The position numbers and the translations under genes are program-made. DNA of 64,000 nucleotides from Takakia lepidozioides (Eukaryota; Plantae; Bryophyta): the NCBI GenBank assembly GCA_030704615.1, contig CM060733.1, forward strand, positions 50,964,001 to 51,028,000, written 5' to 3'. The notes below the pieces were generated by a model. It did not search any database. It was not told the origin of the DNA and saw only the letters and a program-made list of their open reading frames with translations. This document shows, one piece after another, positions 61,301-64,000 of the stretch (position 1 is its first letter; every line of letters starts with the position of its first letter).

Positions 61301-63735
61301 AGATGAGAGGAGATCCATATCTGCCTACTGCTTTGTAATGAGTGGAGGTGCTGTGAGCTGGAGCAGCAAAAGACAGCAGACCACTGCTCTATCCTCGACT
61401 GAGTCAGAGTATATGGCTCTGACTCATGCAGCTAAAGAAGCCATTTGGATTCGAAGGCTTCTTGGTGAACTTGGCTTCAGTCAAGAACAGCCAACGAAAG
61501 TGCATGCTGATAACAGGAGCAGCATTGAGCTGAGCAAGAATCCTGTTCATCACGCCCGGACCAAGCACATAGATATCAAACATCATTTCATTAGAGAAAT
61601 GATTGGTTTGGAGATTGAGTTGGTTTACTGTAGGACTGAGGACATGGCAGCTGATGCACTCACAAAGGCTCTATCCAAAGAAAAGCATTCTAGATGCATG
61701 GAACTGATTGGGTTAAGCCTCAATCCTCGCTGAGTGGGAGTGTTAGAAGTCAGCTCAGATTTAGTTAGCTAGGGTTCTGTTAGGGTTTTTTGACGGCTAG
61801 GGATAGTTCTACCAGAAGGTTCCAGCCACCAGAAGTTTCTAGAGAACTCATGTAGGATTTAAGAGAAAGGCTGAGGCAATACCCAGCACTTCTTCTAGCA
61901 TTTTGGATGTGCTATCCTAGTAGATTGCAGAGAGAGGAGGAGGAGAAGTCCAGCATCTACTTTTGTAAGTTCTTTTCTTTTGCAGTAAGGAGCATTCTTG
62001 TTAGGACTGACACTTCTTGTTAGTACTAACTCTTTGGTTGGTTTAGGCTGTCAGTTTTTGTACTGCTGCTTGTGCTAGAAGCTATCTGTCAATATCACTA
62101 GGAGGTAGAGGACAGGTCTAGTTTCCAACAGTGTATCCTTTACATGCCAAGTGCCGCTTAACCACATAACCGTGCGAAGTGATAATCACCCAACAGACAT
62201 CCAAAGGCAGGGTGAACAACAGTCTGAGAATACAGATCCTCTATGCCTCACCAGAAACCCACCTCAGAAAGTAAAGATTGCAATCCTAACATGACTCGTT
62301 TCAAGTCTGCTTCCAAGACCGGCAAGTGGCCCTTGCGCACCATCTGCTCCTCAAGACTCTCAATCTCGTCTTTCACGTGCTGTTCCTCAGCCACGGTCTC
62401 TCGGTAATTCAAGTTATCGTCAATGTTCCGCTTTAGTTCGGCTTGATTTCCAAGCAAGTCTTCCAACTTTTTATTCTCTCCCTCCATGTGCTTGACCTGC
62501 ACCTTTTTCTCTTCAATTGCAGCTGTAGTCTCAGAGATCTGATCATTTACCTCCCTCAGCCGATCCTCTTTTCCCGACACCACAAACCTGTCAGCCAGTA
62601 TAGACAATAATCAGTAAATATAGAGCCTAAAGTCATAACTTCTAAGGCTCCTGATTCTATCTCAAAATGTTATAAGAAAGTTTGTCCTTTCAGTCCATCA
62701 GTTTGTCCATCAGTTTGGTTCTACCTCTCTTATCATGTCTTTAGAAACAGTATTTGTCAAATATAAAAAATACATGCAATACGGTTGCAAAGACCCCCCA
62801 CCCTTCGTTTACATTGGCTCAGCCTGAGCTGGACTTGGAAAAAGCGTGCTGCACTTTGGAAATGTTTTTACATGCACTATGAAGCTTGTGCACCCACAGT
62901 AAACTGGACTTCCTTCTAGCAGATCATGGTTGCCAGATTAGCATCAAGGTAATACTTGGACCTGGCACATCATGAGAAGATTGAAGTAATGGGTGAAAAG
63001 TGACGACACTTCCAAAACAAAAAGAGACTATGAATGGAAAAATAAATAAATAAAATGATGACATCCACTCCAACTGGAAGAGACAAGAAGAATGGCAACT
63101 TTTTTGGTCTAGCCTCAAAGCAGGACATTCATGATGAGTCTGCTCATCGGATGTTATGCTGCATTCTTTAGGGTGAACTATTTGCTTGGTTTCAAATTAG
63201 TCCTGGGTGAATTTTGAATGAGATATGTGTAAAGGGAAGACTTTTGAGTGTGCATGTGGTGCCATTGATATTCAGTCTACTAGTTTATAGCTGGGCTCCA
63301 ATCCTTATTGCCAATTCATTTTAAGCGGCAAGACCCAGTGCATCCATGTTTTAATATTTCAGCCTGAGGCCCAAAATGACTATGGGACCAAAATGAAATG
63401 AAATGAAATGAAATGGTGCTTTATAAAGTCCGCGGAAAGCTCAAAAGAAAGTTTGAAAATGAGGAAATTCCACAGGAGAGGCCCAAAAAAAGAATACAGA
63501 CAGATGAGCAGGGGGCAAAGAAATAGCCGTAACTTTCACATCAGATCAGAGTCAGAACCACCTACTCCTGGATTTTATCAGCCAATCTCCTCGTTGCAAC
63601 AACCTGTGTCTCAAATTTGTTCAGCTCGTCAAGCCGAATACTTTCCTCATCCATCTTTGTTTTCTTGAATTCAGAATGCTCACGCTCTTTCCGCTCTTTC
63701 TCTCTGGCTGCAGGACCCAATGCTTGCTGCAATAT
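49385..63735 (-). CDS. RAD50: DNA repair protein RAD50, 3' portion; gene continues right of the window
   Basis: Exons 63735-63566, 62587-62263, 57276-57151, 56610-56558, 56175-56025 ([23 protein letters not shown]), 55083-55021 ([10 protein letters not shown] signature), 54753-54620 ([12 protein letters not shown], Walker B), 54440-54311 (LIVITHD), 49424-49385 ([12 protein letters not shown]). Confidence 0.96.
49920..50945 (+). mobile_element. 5'-truncated LINE (RTEX-like) with (CATTT)n tail in the last RAD50 intron
   Basis: ORF2 3' part: YGCEFW...[18 protein letters not shown], frameshift near 50615, then LCPAC...[15 protein letters not shown], stop at 50827. Tail catttcatttcattt at 50917-50945. 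The 5' boundary is approximate. Confidence 0.85.
50974..51374 (-). mobile_element. (TC)n-tailed LINE 3' fragment inserted at the tail of an older copy
   Basis: Direct repeat acctcttcctctgagaga at 50956-50973 and 51375-51392. Confidence 0.85.
51387..53270 (-). mobile_element. Longest, degenerate copy of the (TC)n-tailed LINE with reverse-transcriptase remnants
   Basis: Frameshifted RT motifs [19 protein letters not shown]...[29 protein letters not shown] and [10 protein letters not shown]. The 3' end matches the family consensus and is followed by (TC)n. Confidence 0.85.
53279..54307 (-). mobile_element. Head-to-tail array of five short 3' fragments of the (TC)n-tailed LINE
   Basis: gagagaatgtactcataagac recurs at ~53283, 53634, 53902, 54124 and 54245. 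The array terminates at (GA)n 54290-54307, next to a RAD50 donor site. Confidence 0.88.
55478..55896 (-). mobile_element. (TC)n-tailed LINE 3' fragment in a RAD50 intron
   Basis: Same 3' consensus as the other copies; imperfect TSD tgtagagagaa / tgtagggagaa. Confidence 0.85.
57411..62130 (+). mobile_element. Full-length Ty1/Copia LTR retrotransposon, antisense in a RAD50 intron
   Basis: 390-bp LTRs at 57411-57800 and 61741-62130 (TG...CA), identical by eye. 5-bp TSD gtgta. PBS ggttatgggccc at 57801. PPT gagtgggag at 61732-61740. Confidence 0.98.
57870..61733 (+). CDS. Copia gag-pol polyprotein (Gag zinc knuckle, PR, IN, RT, RNase H); N-terminus frameshifted
   Basis: Motifs [39 protein letters not shown]...RSDGGGEF...[46 protein letters not shown]. 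Confidence 0.93.
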   Translation: MDLHDAAPALFKEPMVNSAKKPSEDNLKEERWIQKNELAMAALVTNMRSKLVVLVRNLTTAHEVWQTLSEVYEADAMGKAYVLWEQLMDLRMREGESVAIHIATVKAMCLEIIDAGEPMTESLQIMTLFGTLPKSYDMVETALATHGKSRLSWKYVTSQLIMEESKLTRGSSSMDNALTATSIKKDGACFRCGKFGHFQKDCKVKIDKPKKDKWRPRKGKSVHAHVADMGNDSEVHLFMADAAYSRDEDYLLTTEGEHCGDEWYLDSGATNHMCGRKELFHNLKPIQPRSVKMGNKTFSVSTMIEIRVNFIRKECKVTRCTLQKVLYVPDLAKNLISVSTLDELGYDVIFRNNACSIQKGNEELCYGVKEQRLYKLLSTSGTQEEANVGDTMDTAPLWHRRLGHLGTQAIKDLQKLALGLNVDWSHELQFCEGCAKGKQHKSSMPKESATRAKERLELIHTDVCGPMKTTSLGGSRYFVTFTDDMSRKTFLYPLRENQLDLKVKVLRSDGGGEFLNQEFKNYLAEKGIKSQVTARDSPAQNGVAERLNRTLVEKARCMLQTSGLGPEFWGEAISTATYLKNLSPTRALKDMTPEEAWSGKKPNLKHLRVFGCAAYALIPDEQRSKLDAKSERCIFIGYDLGCKGYKVYNPRTKRSIRSRDVLFDEDNFGKETKPKDLSVPVIIPDVGEKEREQPVLKVYTRRETVAKKPEEDEDSEDRDPIDKDGGPRRSGRISNPPERFGANVAEGLTGLTMDDIGQMESCFHALDDAEEPATLNDALARDDANEWEGAVLEEMKSLKENQTWELVTLPGGRKAVDCKWVFKVKRGPNNEIVKYKARLVAKGFTQTAGLDYNEPFAPVAKFTSIRCLLALAAKHDWEIEHMDVKTAFLNGDLQEEIYMKQPEGFQEGDKVCRLKKSLYGLKQASRTWYEKINSYLTGQGFVRITADQSIYYMTSGVMIIALYVDDLLLISDNKDTMRRQKHDLSETFEMVDLGAVNYLLGIQILRDRKARTIKLSQERYVRNVVAKFGMQDCKPAPTPLETGCKLSKEMEPKSPSEIEEMAKVPYQQAMGSLMYAMIGTRPDIAYAVGMLSKFMHNPGPQHWKALKRVIRYLKWTADTCLTYNKQDTGASLEGYSDADWAGDTDERRSISAYCFVMSGGAVSWSSKRQQTTALSSTESEYMALTHAAKEAIWIRRLLGELGFSQEQPTKVHADNRSSIELSKNPVHHARTKHIDIKHHFIREMIGLEIELVYCRTEDMAADALTKALSKEKHSRCMELIGLSLNPR
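63391..63445 (-). mobile_element. Terminal fragment of the (CATTT)n-tailed LINE
   Basis: (aaatg)5 + gtgctttataaagtccgcggaaagctc is the reverse complement of 50890-50945. Confidence 0.8.
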
Positions 63736-64000
63736 CTGCATGCTTAACAACCATATATAGACCATATCAGGAGACACATATCACCAGTCAGTGCATAACA
63801 ACCCCACAGGCTTTGTGCTAGTGTCTAACTTGCATACAGTTGACCACCACATTTCTGATGTTCTGAGGCTCACGTCATCTGGTTTGTAGAACGTAATGCT
63901 GGTGCAGATTTTCTCAAGTAGTGCAACCATTTTCCTAGCTTCCGAAATTGGTACTTGTAAGTTCTTTGAGACAATCCAAGTTTTCCAGGAATACAAATAT

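Noticed and set aside
62133-62141. Perfect U12 donor-like GTATCCTTT
   Set aside because: It is on the strand opposite RAD50, overlaps the Copia TSD, and has no associated exon.

Overview
Gene-dense eukaryotic nuclear DNA from a land plant. A non-seed lineage (bryophyte, lycophyte or fern) is inferred from the style of the PLS-PPR repeats and the half-tRNA-primed Copia; the species is not established. Eight genes were reconstructed by hand from GT-AG junctions and reading phase: BRX-like (-, runs off the left edge), FREE1/FYVE1 (-), proteasome beta-3 PBC (+), a PLS-PPR gene (-), SNU114/EFTUD2 (+), an intronless pseudokinase-like RLCK (-), MAP1A (-) and the 3' part of RAD50 (-, runs off the right edge). 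Mobile DNA: a full-length Copia with identical LTRs in a RAD50 intron, at least 13 fragments of a (TC)n-tailed and (TC)n-targeting LINE family, a second (CATTT)n-tailed LINE, a hAT-type MITE with an 8-bp TSD, and several tandem repeats. Most notable: (1) once spliced, the PPR gene carries an N-terminal OSB-type PDF ssDNA-binding motif, and a decayed DYW deaminase domain lies just past its stop codon; (2) the microsatellite-targeting LINE re-inserts into its own tail and builds arrays in introns; (3) the Copia has identical LTRs but is coding-defective. All family assignments are from motif recognition; no database searches were run.
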